In this document: one piece after another, positions 38,647 to 48,899 of the stretch | Layout of the letters: every line of letters starts with the position of its first letter | Position numbering within the stretch: the first letter of the stretch is position 1 | From: Acidobacteriota bacterium | Lineage (GTDB): Bacteria; Acidobacteriota; Terriglobia; Terriglobales; Acidobacteriaceae | Reading direction: 5' to 3' | Length of the DNA stretch: 64,000 nucleotides | NCBI GenBank assembly: GCA_013289795.1 | Contig: JABCZH010000001.1 | Location: 401,768 to 465,767, forward strand | Program-made: the position numbers and the translations under genes | Notes under the pieces: model-generated | The model's database searches: none | Told to the model about the DNA's origin: nothing | The model's input: the letters and a program-made list of their open reading frames with translations, nothing else

Positions 38647-39433
38647 CGAACCGGCTTCTTGTGTTGCTCCCGCCTGAGTCTGACAAGAATTTCGGAAGAA
38701 CTCAAGCGACACAATTCACTACTATTGCGGATCGTACTAGCCTTGAAGAAAACTGGGGCAGGCTGAACGCCCAAGGCGCAATTGCAGTGCGAGGAGAAAA
38801 TAATGTTCATGGGAGGTTGCCCACTTTTATCTGAGTTTCCACTGGTAGCGAAACCATGTTCCTTGCCGTTATCAGACACTGGGTCTGTCTGGTCATCATC
38901 ACGGACATAGCGATCGCCGGGAGCAGCGGACTGAGTTAGCTTGGCGACTTGTACTGTGGATCTCATCACCAGTTTCCCTTCGAGAAGCTCAATGCTGGCC
39001 CGAAATTAAGAGTTATGGCGGCACAGCGTCGCCGGCGGAGTACGGTGCTGAATTCGCCGCGCAGGGGTGAAAGACCAGGCTCGCCTCAGGCGGGGAACAA
39101 CGACGCATAACCGTAACGTGCACACCGTTACGAAAAGTCGACGCGAATGTGAATTTCGGATGAAAACAAATCCACAATTAGCTGTTGGCATTGCCGAATC
39201 TCCCCGGAAACTGGAGATGTCTAAATTGACGACTGCGTGAAGAACAGTCCGCGATCATCGCAACGGAACCTGCGAAGTGCACGGCACACTTCATCCGGTC
39301 TGTTCTGAGGCCAGAAATTTCCTTCACCTACTGTGGCGTGAACCGCCCGCTGGCGATCGAATTCGCTATGTTACGTGCTGGACGTATCCGGCAGAGATGA
39401 TGCGTTGCCCAGTAGGATCGGTCGTGATCCTCA

Positions 39434-39961
39434 TTAGCTTCCCGCCCACATCTGCGGTGCAATTGATTCTTGGATGCCAGCTTCGAGACCGCCAGCGCTC
39501 CGCCGCCAGGCGGCCGGGGGTGCGCCGGTAACGCGGTGAATCCAGCGGGTCATGTGCGCCTGATCGGAAAAGCTGGTATCCGCTGCGATCCTGCACAGGC
39601 GTTCAGAGCCTCGCGTAATGCGAAGCCACGCCCTACGGGTGCGTAATTCGGCGCGTAACACTGAGGGTGTAATCCCGCATGCAGTTGCGAATCCTCAAGA
39701 GACGGTTTCGCGCGCCAAACCGTTCACTTCCGCCCACGCACCAATTTCGGTTGACGCATTTCTTGCCAGGTCCATCAGCAGCAGGTCGGGCCAGTCATTT
39801 CTTTGTCCGGGCGAGGGCAGGCTGTTTTCAGCAACGTGGAGAAGTTGGCGCGTCGCGGTATGCGCATCCAGGCGGATTATGAAACCGGTCATGATCGAGG
39901 ACTTAGGCATGAGCAGGATCGCAATCCCGTCCGCGATCACGCTGACCAGCATGAGCGGCAA
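39434..39961 (-). pseudogene. AraC-family transcriptional regulator remnant (frameshifted HTH region)
   Basis: Three short minus-strand ORFs in different frames together spell an AraC HTH_18 region: ...LSVTRRIRTRRAWLRITRGSERLCRIAADTSFSDQAHMTRWIHRVTGAPPAAWRR. No intact ligand-binding domain upstream. Confidence 0.5.
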
Positions 39962-40048
39962 TGCCGAGTCGTACTCACGCGTGATCTCAAGTAAGCAGGA
40001 GACTGAGTACCATGTGAAAGAACTCTATTTCCTGACACGTTCAGAGGT

Positions 40049-40210
40049 TTACGTATGGTCTTCGGCGGTCCGCATAGAGACTTCCAGGTATTCTCTATCT
40101 TCGGCTTCCAACAGATCGTCGAGTTCCTTCATCAGAACCAGCATTTTCTTAGAGTCTGGTTCGACGGCTGCCTTCGTGCATAGTTCTATCCATTTCTCAT
40201 AGTGTTCCAC
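40049..40210 (-). CDS. Possible small acidic helical protein (53 aa, GTG start)
   Basis: (M)EHYEKWIELCTKAAVEPDSKKMLVLMKELDDLLEAEDREYLEVSMRTAEDHT. AGGA-like SD 11 nt upstream. Not in the ORF track (<60 aa). Speculative. Confidence 0.2.
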   Translation of the reverse strand: MEHYEKWIELCTKAAVEPDSKKMLVLMKELDDLLEAEDREYLEVSMRTAEDHT

Positions 40211-41081
40211 GTGGGCCTGATTTCCTTGACTTGGAAAAGTATGCCAAACACCGATTAGCGAAAATGTTCAGTTGTGAACACTCTGCCATCACTAGTTCTG
40301 GCGGGATCGTCACCACTGATAGTTGAGTGTCGATGCCAAACGCGTGGCGGCGGCTGGAATGGTTTAGCTTCATGAGCTGCGATCTGTAGCATCAGATTTG
40401 GCAGATTGGCCTAGCTCCGTCGCAGGCTAAACCCTCTCAAGCAAGGGGCGCAGTCTCATACGACCGTCGTCATCCCACTTGACGACCGAGTCCTTTTCGT
40501 CAGAGATCGCCCCCAGCGTGCGACAGCGGTGGTTGGGAAGCTTTACAAAGTTTGGGAATCGGCTTGTTGGCGATATGGGCATCGTTTCTTTTCAAGACGC
40601 CGGCCAAGGTCGGTTTGCCATTACCGCTCATGTCCTCACAGATACAGCATGGGCTTGGAACGAATGACACGGCTGGTCCAGACTGCACAGGCTTCAGAAT
40701 CAAATTTGGCCAGGTATCTCGCACAGGTTGCTGTTGGGCGCATGCAAAGTGATCCAATGTGACCAGACAATTGTCTCAGTCGCACCTAGCATCGTGGCTA
40801 GTGAAAGGAGTGGGACGACTGCCACCCATGCATCCTGTCGCAATTTTGCACGAAGTTCGGCAACTCTACAATGTGAGTGACCGTCTCGACTTGCTAGCAG
40901 CCCAACATCCCCTTATCTCAGAGGCGCTCATCTCCATCTCTGGCAGCGTTCGTAATACAGCAACTCTGTTGGAGGTGCTGGTCGCGATGAAAATAACGCC
41001 GCTTTCCGGATTAGATCCAGCAGGTGGATGATTTGCTCATCGCTGTCCGGAAGCTTTGTTTGCGGGATTGCAGTACGCAAG

Positions 41082-41320
41082 CTAATCGTGGAGGACGATA
41101 TTTAGAAGTGCACTATGAACTGGCAGCCCACTCCGGGCATCATAGTCGATGAAACCTAGCTTTCTGAACCTGTTCATGAAAAAACTGACTCGCGCCCGGG
41201 TTGTCCCTATCATCTCGGCCAAGCGTTTCCTGACTGATCGGCGAACGAGTTTGCCGCTAGGCTAATGTTGTTGAAAGTGAGCAATATTGAGCATTTTCGC
41301 GACTGCGAGGCGTTGCACTA
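41082..41320 (-). pseudogene. Crp/Fnr-family regulator pseudogene (C-terminal HTH fragment with in-frame stop)
   Basis: Minus-strand translation ...RLAVAKMLNIAHFQQH*PSGKLVRRSVRKRLAEMIGTTRARVSFFMNRFRKLGFIDYDARSGLPVHSALLNIVLHD* aligns to the C-terminal 80 aa of the intact paralogs at 43040 and 44529. It has an internal TAG and no cNMP-binding domain. Confidence 0.55.
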
Positions 41321-41956
41321 TGTCGCGGTGAAAAGCAAAGAACTCACCCGGAAGCAGGTATTGTCCGTGCTTGTTCTACTTGTGGGGCTGTGATCGGAAT
41401 GGGTTGCGAACCGCCTAACGGTACCCTACGTAGCAAGCCACACCGAGATCGCAAACTCTCCGCGCCCGAGGCCGTGGAAACCAAAGCAAAGGGTAACCGC
41501 CGTTGAGGCAACTGGCTTTTTCGAGTGCGAAACGCCAAGTAAGGATGACGCACACTCCGACACCAAGAGTGTCCAGTTTTGAACAGTTTTCTGCCTGGCC
41601 GTCACCTAGCATGTCCAGCAAACTAGGCTTGCCAGTCTTGGAGGAAGTCATGGAAAACTTCACGGAGTTAATGCAGAGGCTGCTTGAAATCCAAAGTGGT
41701 GGAAGGCAAAGAAGCCCAAAGTTGATCGCGGAAGACGCGCGATTGGTAGATGGTCTTCGGAAGAAGAGTTTGGCAGGAAAGCCCAGCGTAGCGGTAAAGC
41801 TTTGCCACGACAGCTCAGAGCGAGCGCAATTTAAGGCTTAGCCTTACCTGACTCAGACCCAGAGCCAAGGCACCGTCCTCAAGATCGTGTAGGACAAGCG
41901 TATTTGCTAAGTGTTATGAAGTGGAAAATCTAACTATTACCAAGGAGAATAGAAAC

Positions 41957-42265
41957 ATGAAAAAGCTGTGGGTTTTAGCACTGACACTCTCTGTAATGAT
42001 GATCGCTGTTTCCGCCATAGCGCAAGACACCACGGGGCAGGCCCCTCCCAACGCGGCGGCTTCGGCGCCTTTGAAGAACGTCAAGGGCACGGTGAAGTTC
42101 GACGGCGAGAAGGCAGCTTTCGTCGCGGACAAGGACCAGAAGTCGTGGGATGTCATGAATCCCGAAGCTCTCAAGGGTCACGATGGTCACCACGTCGAAC
42201 TCAGCGCGCACGTTTACACAGACAAGGGCGCCATCCACGTGATGAGCGTTAAGATGTTGCAGTAA
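41957..42265 (+). CDS. Small secreted hypothetical protein
   Basis: 102 aa from the ATG at 41957 with strong AAGGAGA SD. Signal peptide MKKLWVLALTLSVMMIAVSAIAQ. Confidence 0.5.
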   Translation: MKKLWVLALTLSVMMIAVSAIAQDTTGQAPPNAAASAPLKNVKGTVKFDGEKAAFVADKDQKSWDVMNPEALKGHDGHHVELSAHVYTDKGAIHVMSVKMLQ

Positions 42266-43039
42266 GCCGGCCACAGAAGGACTTTGGAAGGCGGCGAAAG
42301 CGCGCCGCCTTTCTTGTTGTTTTGAATCGGGTGTCATGAACCATCATGCCACGGGTAAGCTCGACCGCAGAGCCGCCAAATCCCGGTGAGCCAAATTGCT
42401 CAGACACCGCGCTGCGCCCGAACTAGTTTGGTGGAAACATCCCAAGTAGGCTCTATGAGTGGCTCCGACCATAGGCACGACCTTGAACAGCAGGCTGGCA
42501 ACGAGGTGAACGCCGCTAGGCTGATGCTGATCATTGCTCAGCTTTGCGAGGCCATAGATGTCGAACGCGAGGGAAAAACCCGTCCGATGGTTACGGATTT
42601 GCGTTTTCCCAGCCGCGACCCAGGTGTACTCGTGGAAAATTAGCGCATTTCGTGCTTGGCGGAAGCATCCACCGCTTGCGTGGGCGCCGGGCCCTGTCTC
42701 TATCCGGCCTAATGTGCGTGGAGAGGCATACTTGGCATCGGGGCAAAGCTCGCAACTCTTTTCCGACAAAAATACGCCTGCCTAGGTTGAGCCACAGGGG
42801 ACGCGGTTCATCGCACTCATTTGAGAGTCAATGAGTAACGCCTGTTTTCGTCAACCGTCCGCAACTTGCCCGGCCGGAAGGCTGCTAAGCAATTTGTCTC
42901 GGCAAACCGCATATTGCGTCGTCCTGACCGCGCGGCCCTGGTTGTCTCGTCATTCGTTGTGAGCATAACTGATCAGCGGAGTGCACGCCTGTCTGCCACA
43001 ATCGACAGTGATGAAGAACTCTAGCCAGGACGGCATCCA

Positions 43040-43882
43040 GTGAAGCAAATCAAGGCCGCGAAGAGAAAAACTAATTTCGACCCTCACGCCTTTCTTTCAA
43101 CGATTGGGAAGGGTAGGGATATGGTGTCTTTTCAAAAGAAGACGACGATCTTCGCTCAGGGCGATTCCAGGGATGGCCTGTTCTTTGTCCGAACCGGGAA
43201 GGTGCAGCTCAGTGTGGTATCGGAAGACGGGAGAGAAGCGGTTCTTGGCATTCTGGGCGAAGGCGATTTTTTTGGAGAAGGTGGTCTTGCTGGTCAGCCC
43301 CTACGCATGTCGTCTGCAACCGCATTGACCGACTGCGTCCTGCTGCACATCGAGAGGAACGCCATGGTGCGTGCAATGAGTCTGGAACCAAAATTGTCGG
43401 CCATGTTCGTCAAATACTTGCTGAAACGGAACATCCGATATCAGGATGACTTGGTCGATCAACTTTTCAATTCCAGCGAAAAGCGGCTGGCGCGAGTTCT
43501 TCTCTTGATGGCGCAGTTCGGTAAAGAAGGGGTGCCGGAAGTGTCCGTCCCAAGACTAAGTCAGGAGACTCTAGCCGAGATGGTAGGCACGACACGCTCG
43601 CGGGTCAGCTTCTTCATGAACCGATTCAGGAAGCTCGGTTTTATTAACTACCGCGTTGGGAACAATTTACACGTTCACAGTTCGCTCCTCAACGTTCTTC
43701 TTCATGATGACGGCGGAATGACCGTGACTCCGGGAGCGAAGAACCAGACTGCCCACGCCAAGAAATGTTCAGAACCGCCTCCCGAGCCCGGCCAGACTCC
43801 TGACAGAGATCGTGCCAGCAGACCGCCCCTTCCCGGCCTTGAACGACGACGTGAGCAAACGCGACACAGCGTAAGGGCCTGA
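43040..43882 (+). CDS. Crp/Fnr-family transcriptional regulator (paralog 1, with about 59-aa C-terminal extension)
   Basis: cNMP-binding domain (GDFFGEGGLAGQPLRMSSATALTDCVLL) plus HTH (SQETLAEMVGTTRSRVSFFMNRFRKLGFINY). Continues past the position where paralog 2 stops (LHD*) into a low-complexity Pro/Arg-rich tail. Confidence 0.8.
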   Translation: MKQIKAAKRKTNFDPHAFLSTIGKGRDMVSFQKKTTIFAQGDSRDGLFFVRTGKVQLSVVSEDGREAVLGILGEGDFFGEGGLAGQPLRMSSATALTDCVLLHIERNAMVRAMSLEPKLSAMFVKYLLKRNIRYQDDLVDQLFNSSEKRLARVLLLMAQFGKEGVPEVSVPRLSQETLAEMVGTTRSRVSFFMNRFRKLGFINYRVGNNLHVHSSLLNVLLHDDGGMTVTPGAKNQTAHAKKCSEPPPEPGQTPDRDRASRPPLPGLERRREQTRHSVRA

Positions 43883-44528
43883 ACGCCACTGCGAATGCTG
43901 GTTTTGGTCAGAGAGAATTCACTATTGAGGTGGGAATTCCGCAACGAGCTGCTCAAATTGTGCGCGAGCTACCTCTAGCTCGTTCTCGCGCAGGGTCGCC
44001 AGCGCCAACATAATCTTTGAAAACGGCCGCAGGTAGTGGCGATGATCAGCCGCGATCTGGAGCTGCTGGAGGCCGACGTTGTTGTCGCCGTGGAATCCAG
44101 CGATGCCAACGAAAAACCTTTTGAGTCCCGGCAGACTTCCGATGATGCAAATTCGCAGCGGAATGTCCCAGATTAAGGTTGAGTGTCTTCTTCACCGCAC
44201 ACACGAGCTGTCACCAGCACTACATCCGCTCCATCTTCGAAAGCTCGTTCTGTGACAGCACCCAGAACGCTGGATCAAATCGCCATTGTTTCCACTCGGC
44301 ATCGCAGGACTTATGTTCGGAGGTGCAACTAACCGCGGGTTCGATCGGAACGGGTAGACGAGACCGAGACTTGCCACTCCATTACCGGACAATCCGATTC
44401 CTAACAGTAGCAGAGCGTGCCAAGCCTGGGGCCAAATCCGCAAGTTTCAGAGACTTGCCGAACATTGCCGGAAGAACAGAAACGACATCGTCTTTTCCCT
44501 CGGCCTGATAGGTTTGCGGAGACGAAGG

Positions 44529-45194
44529 CTAGTCGTGAAGAACAACATGTAGAAGTGAACTGTGGACTTTTAGTCCGCCGTTGTAATCGATGAAACCCAA
44601 CCTCCTGAACTTGTTCATGAAGAGGCTGACACGTGAGCGGGTGGTACCGACCATTTCCGCAAGCGTCTCCTGGCTGATCTTGGGAAGCACAGTTTCGGGC
44701 ACGCCTTCCTTGCCGAAATGAGCAAGCAAGAGCAAAATCCGGGCCAGTCTTTTTTCGCTGGAATTGAAAAGTTGGTCAACCAAGTCTTCTTCGTATCGAA
44801 TGTTCCGCATCAGTAGGTAAGCGACAAACATATCAGACAAAGCGTGCTCCCGGTGAAGAACCTCGATCATCGCCTTCTTCTCGATGCGCAGAAGGTCGCA
44901 ATCCGTCATTGCGCTTGCGGCGGCCATGCGCAACGGCTGGCCTGCGAGGCAGCCTTCACCAAAGAAATCGCCTTCACTCAATATGCCGATGGTTGCTTCC
45001 TTTCCCGTATTGGACACGACCGTCAACTTTACCTTTCCTTTCTGAACATAAAACACCGCGTCAGCCTCATCTCCTTGTGCGAAGACTGTGTGTTTCTTTC
45101 GAAAAATCACAATTTTCCTACCCTCCCCAATGGTGGCGAGAAATGTACTGGGGTCAAAACCGCGTCTCCTTGTAGCCGCCGCACCGGAACTCAT
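44529..45194 (-). CDS. Crp/Fnr-family transcriptional regulator (paralog 2)
   Basis: 221 aa, colinear with paralog 1 at roughly 70% aa identity by eye (FLATIGEGRKIVIF..., GDFFGEGCLAGQPLRMAAASAMTDCDLL, SQETLAEMVGTTRSRVSLFMNKFRRLGFIDY). Convergent with paralog 1. Confidence 0.85.
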   Translation of the reverse strand: MSSGAAATRRRGFDPSTFLATIGEGRKIVIFRKKHTVFAQGDEADAVFYVQKGKVKLTVVSNTGKEATIGILSEGDFFGEGCLAGQPLRMAAASAMTDCDLLRIEKKAMIEVLHREHALSDMFVAYLLMRNIRYEEDLVDQLFNSSEKRLARILLLLAHFGKEGVPETVLPKISQETLAEMVGTTRSRVSLFMNKFRRLGFIDYNGGLKVHSSLLHVVLHD

Positions 45195-45390
45195 TGGTTC
45201 TCCCTAGTGCGCTAATATCACGTGCTAATTCTTGCGGTCTGTTGGGCGCGCCACACAAGCAAAAACTTTTTTCGCGCGCTCGCCACACCTCTTCGCTGAG
45301 CAGCGGAATTGTATAATCCCCAACTAGCCCGAAGAAGCAGAAGTTTTTGATTACGCAGACCATGAGGGCGAGTTCATACCCGCATCTGGG

Positions 45391-46161
45391 ATGGGTTTTC
45401 GGTTCTGGTTTGTGGCACACAAAAACCTCCAAGTCGCGCGGTCCGGCGAGCGAACTAATGCCGCAGGGAAAGCAGTCAGCAACATAATACTTTTATCGAT
45501 TTCTGATAGCGACTACAGCTCACTACGTCCTCATCTCGAATACGTCAGCTTGCCAAACCATCTGGTTCTTCACCAGGCAGGCGAAAAACTGGAATTTGCG
45601 TACTTCCCGAATCGAGGTTTGATTTCTCTTGTAGTAGTGATGAAGGATGGCAAAACGGCCGAAGCTGGCATCGTTGGGAATGAGGGCTTTACAGGAACAC
45701 TGGCGGCTGTTGGCCTGAGCAGGGGTTCACTTCAGGCGGTGGTACAAATCACGGGGGATGGGTTTCGAGTGGCGGTCGCGGCCTTGCAAAAGACTTTGGA
45801 GTCCGCTCCACACTTTCAACTAATGTTGAGCCGCTACGCTGCAATTCGGGGTATGCAGATTGCCCAAACTGCCGCTTGTAATCGCTTGCACGATATTCAG
45901 CAGCGCCTTGGACGGTGGTTGCTAATGACTCAGGACAGAGTGGACTCCGAGTCGCTGGGCATCACTCATGACTTTATCGCAACGATGCTAGGGACAGATA
46001 GATCTACCGTGAGCCTGGCAGCTGGTGTTTTGCAGAGGAAGAAGCTAATTGAGTATACCCGTGGTGCAGTGAAGATCGTGAACCGCAAGAAACTTGAAGC
46101 CTTCGTCTGCGAGTGCTACGGGACCATCCGACAGTACGATGGTGAGCTTGGCTTGGGATAA
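45391..46161 (+). CDS. Crp/Fnr-family transcriptional regulator (more distant, paralog 3)
   Basis: cNMP-binding region (AYFPNRGLISLVVVMKDGKTAEAGIVGNEGFTG) and C-terminal HTH (ITHDFIATMLGTDRSTVSLAAGVLQRKKLIEY). True start may lie downstream of the listed ATG. Confidence 0.75.
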   Translation: MGFRFWFVAHKNLQVARSGERTNAAGKAVSNIILLSISDSDYSSLRPHLEYVSLPNHLVLHQAGEKLEFAYFPNRGLISLVVVMKDGKTAEAGIVGNEGFTGTLAAVGLSRGSLQAVVQITGDGFRVAVAALQKTLESAPHFQLMLSRYAAIRGMQIAQTAACNRLHDIQQRLGRWLLMTQDRVDSESLGITHDFIATMLGTDRSTVSLAAGVLQRKKLIEYTRGAVKIVNRKKLEAFVCECYGTIRQYDGELGLG

Positions 46162-46553
46162 AGCTGACGACTCGACGGGCGCCTGATAGCCAGCTTGAAA
46201 GAGCTGCCGTTGAGCAATTCGAATGGAATGATCCTCCAACGGGTCATACGACATTTCCATCGCAGAATACCATCATCATCATAAGTAACGATATTTACCC
46301 GCCCTGTTTCTGCCAGGTTATGGATGAATATCGCGAGAATAATCGACACCTGCTCTGGAAAATACTCTGCGCGATCCCGAATGAAACCCTGGCGGACGCT
46401 GCCATCCCGGACTCGTACATGCTGGGTGCTGAAAGTGATCCGTTATGACCAGACATTAATATCAAGCTACTTCTATCATTCTGCGTGCTGAAGAACTGGG
46501 GCCGCCGCCACAAGAGCCGGACAGGGCTTCCCTCTTGAAGGCGGATGTAGAAC

Positions 46554-46610
46554 ATGGTGGCGTCATTAATTGTTCTTTTGGTGCTGTTTCTGGTCGGTGG
46601 CGTGGCCTAG
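46554..46610 (+). CDS. Candidate 18-aa hydrophobic micro-ORF (MVASLIVLLVLFLVGGVA)
   Basis: ATG preceded by GAAGGCGGA about 8 nt upstream. Single TM-like helix. Speculative. Confidence 0.2.
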   Translation: MVASLIVLLVLFLVGGVA

Positions 46611-46864
46611 AGGTATTTTCGTTGGCGCGGTTGGCGTTTGAACGGCGCACACAGCACGCACCCAGCTTGGGACATGACTGCCCAAGCAACGCCTACTCTG
46701 CAAGTAGCGATCGATACGGCTGAGAGGAGTCTGACGGACTGCACAGCTAAGCTACACGAACCAATTACTTCGTCGCGCCATGCTGCCCGGTTGAAGCTTA
46801 AAACCAGGGTCAACACGGTTGCAACGACTACCAACAACGGTAACAACCAAAAAAGGAGAACACA

Positions 46865-47032
46865 ATGTCAGATCAGGAAAGTCGCAACCCACAAGATGGC
46901 GGTCCGCAGCGGGAACCTGGAAGCCAGCCAAACCAGCCAGCGCAGCACAAGCAGCAGGACCCGATTGGAAAGCCGAAGAGTCCGCAGTCGGAACAAGACA
47001 AACACGATCAAGAGAAGAAAAAGCAGGCTTAA
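46865..47032 (+). CDS. Candidate 55-aa highly hydrophilic small protein
   Basis: AAAAGGAGAACACA-ATG (canonical SD, 7-nt spacer). MSDQESRNPQDGGPQREPGSQPNQPAQHKQQDPIGKPKSPQSEQDKHDQEKKKQA. Not in the ORF track because <60 aa. Overlapping longer ORFs in other frames are low-complexity artefacts. Confidence 0.4.
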   Translation: MSDQESRNPQDGGPQREPGSQPNQPAQHKQQDPIGKPKSPQSEQDKHDQEKKKQA

Positions 47033-47536
47033 AGGTAAGGCGGCTCGATTGGCGCAGAGCCGTCCTGATGAATCGTCGGAGTGATTTTAGCCTGAAGGCC
47101 GCCGGTGCAACTACGCTGGCGGCTTTCAGTGCGACGCGGGCAACCCGGCGTCATTTCCGTCAAGTGCTAACGCGCGATCCCAAATCACCTACCAGCCTAC
47201 TTTGCCGTAGATTGAATCGCGTCCGCCTTTGCATCCACAGCCACATCCACCTTGTCGCCGGGACTTAGATGAACCTCGCGGGCGCTGTTGTCTGTGAGGG
47301 TATTTTCAATCATGATGACATTGCGCTCTTAACCGTTACCTTCGACCGCGACCTGGGGGCAGTTTCAGGAGCACTCGGAAAATTGTTCGCGACAAATCGC
47401 ATTAACAACGCGGCGGACGAAAGGGCGCTGTACGGAATCAAACTACCTAGTAATCGTGAGCAAAACTGACCAGCATAACTTGGCATCCGTCAGCATACTT
47501 GGTTAGATCTGGATCATTGTCCGACGAGGAGAGACT

Positions 47537-47608
47537 ATGTTAGGTTACGGTTTGATTGGGACAATTGTAGTGATTCTCTTGGTTGTGTTCATCGTGCGCA
47601 GTGTGTGA
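47537..47608 (+). CDS. Candidate 23-aa single-TM peptide (MLGYGLIGTIVVILLVVFIVRSV)
   Basis: ACGAGGAGAGACT-ATG (AGGAG SD, 7-nt spacer). Entirely hydrophobic helix with C-terminal Arg. KdpF/type-I-toxin-like size and composition. Confidence 0.3.
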   Translation: MLGYGLIGTIVVILLVVFIVRSV

Positions 47609-48899
47609 GCCTTCGCTGACATAGCAGCGCTGCGTCAGGCAGACACACTTTCGTGATGAACAAGGGAACGAACGGAAGCTACTTGCATGCGGAGCAAGTC
47701 GTCTGCTTGCTGCGCGATTTCGCCGAGCGGTTGGCAAAGGGCAAGGGTGTCGACCCCGACGACGCCCGCCGCCAATTGCACGGGATCAATCACGCCGCGC
47801 GTCAAGTTCTCGTCGCTGGGCGAACCGCAGCCCCGACATCGGAGCCAGGAATCGCGCTCTCGAAGTGCAAGTCGCCTTGAGCCAGCGATAGGAAAAGCAT
47901 GTGGTCGCCCAACCATGAACAGTAATCCTCTGCGCGATGGGTAGTGCTACAGTTTGCAAACTGCAGCACTACCGGAGCTGGCTAATTGTTCTTTGCGAAA
48001 CCTTTCGATAGTGGTGGGAGTTCCGGGACTATCGCTTAGCTCGCGCTTCCTCTTGCAGCGGCCCTCCTTCCAGTTTCAACACGCCCGGATCGCGCCCAGA
48101 CTGTTCACTTTTGGCCACTCGCCCCGAGCGCTAAGGCGACCCGCATCAGGATAAGACTTCAGCGGCGCTTCGTTTTGCTTGCAGGTGCCGGTTATCTCTG
48201 ACCATGTGTGTTCAGGTACCGTCATGAACGCCTATGCGTCAGCTTCAATAAGCATAACGAGATGATGGCTTCTGAAATGATGGTCAGCAGAGTGGTCTAC
48301 GACAGGCAAGAAGTAAACGGGGTGGCATAAGCCACCCCGTCCCCCGTTGGAGCCTCATGGTCCCCCGACCATGACGCATCGCAATTACTAACAGTTCCGT
48401 CCGATACCGACGACGTTGGCTTTTCCCGCCTTGCCCACTTAGAACTATCCGATTGGACCGGGGTGATGATCAGTTTGACATTCGAAGCATGCCATCTTAA
48501 CAAGCGAGAGTCTGTTCACAATTGCTCACTCGGCGAGGAGCGCTCCGTCTTTTATGTAGTGAGCAGTTCTGTACAGCAATGCACAACCAAATGAGCGAAG
48601 GTGGTTACTCGCTGATCAGGGAGCAAGTTATATATCTGATATACCGCGACTTTTCCGAGCCGGCAGTTCCAGAATTCACCTGCTCGTAACTGACAGTGAT
48701 TGTGATATCGGTCAGGCCGGTGTCCAGTTACTAACTTGCTGGGCGGACAACGAAGTGCAGGTCGGTTTGGTTCCGAACTGACGGGGCGAAGCTGCATCCG
48801 GAGCACGGTTTCGACGAGGCGATTGACCCCGAACGAAACCAAGATTATTTCACCCGAACAAATGATGGGTTCGTTTCGTAGCGCAGTGGTCACGTAAAT

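Noticed and set aside
38643-38969. 108-aa minus-strand ORF upstream of the TonB-dependent receptor
   Set aside because: Lies in the promoter/leader region of the receptor gene, overlaps its likely true start, no motifs.
39618-40202. 194-aa plus-strand ORF
   Set aside because: Runs antisense to the AraC remnant and the candidate small acidic ORF. Ser-rich featureless translation.
42344-42769. 141-aa minus-strand ORF upstream of Crp paralog 1
   Set aside because: No motifs, no SD, overlapped by equally long ORFs in other frames. Likely non-coding leader/decayed sequence.
46638-47268. Two overlapping 148/149-aa plus-strand ORFs in the gene desert
   Set aside because: Extremely low-complexity (Thr/Arg/Ser/Lys runs). 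They are alternative frames of the region where the 55-aa SD-linked ORF sits and have no SD of their own.
47653-47880. 75-aa plus-strand ORF directly after the 23-aa hydrophobic peptide
   Set aside because: Protein-like composition, but no SD and overlapped by an antisense ORF of similar length. Could not be distinguished from chance.
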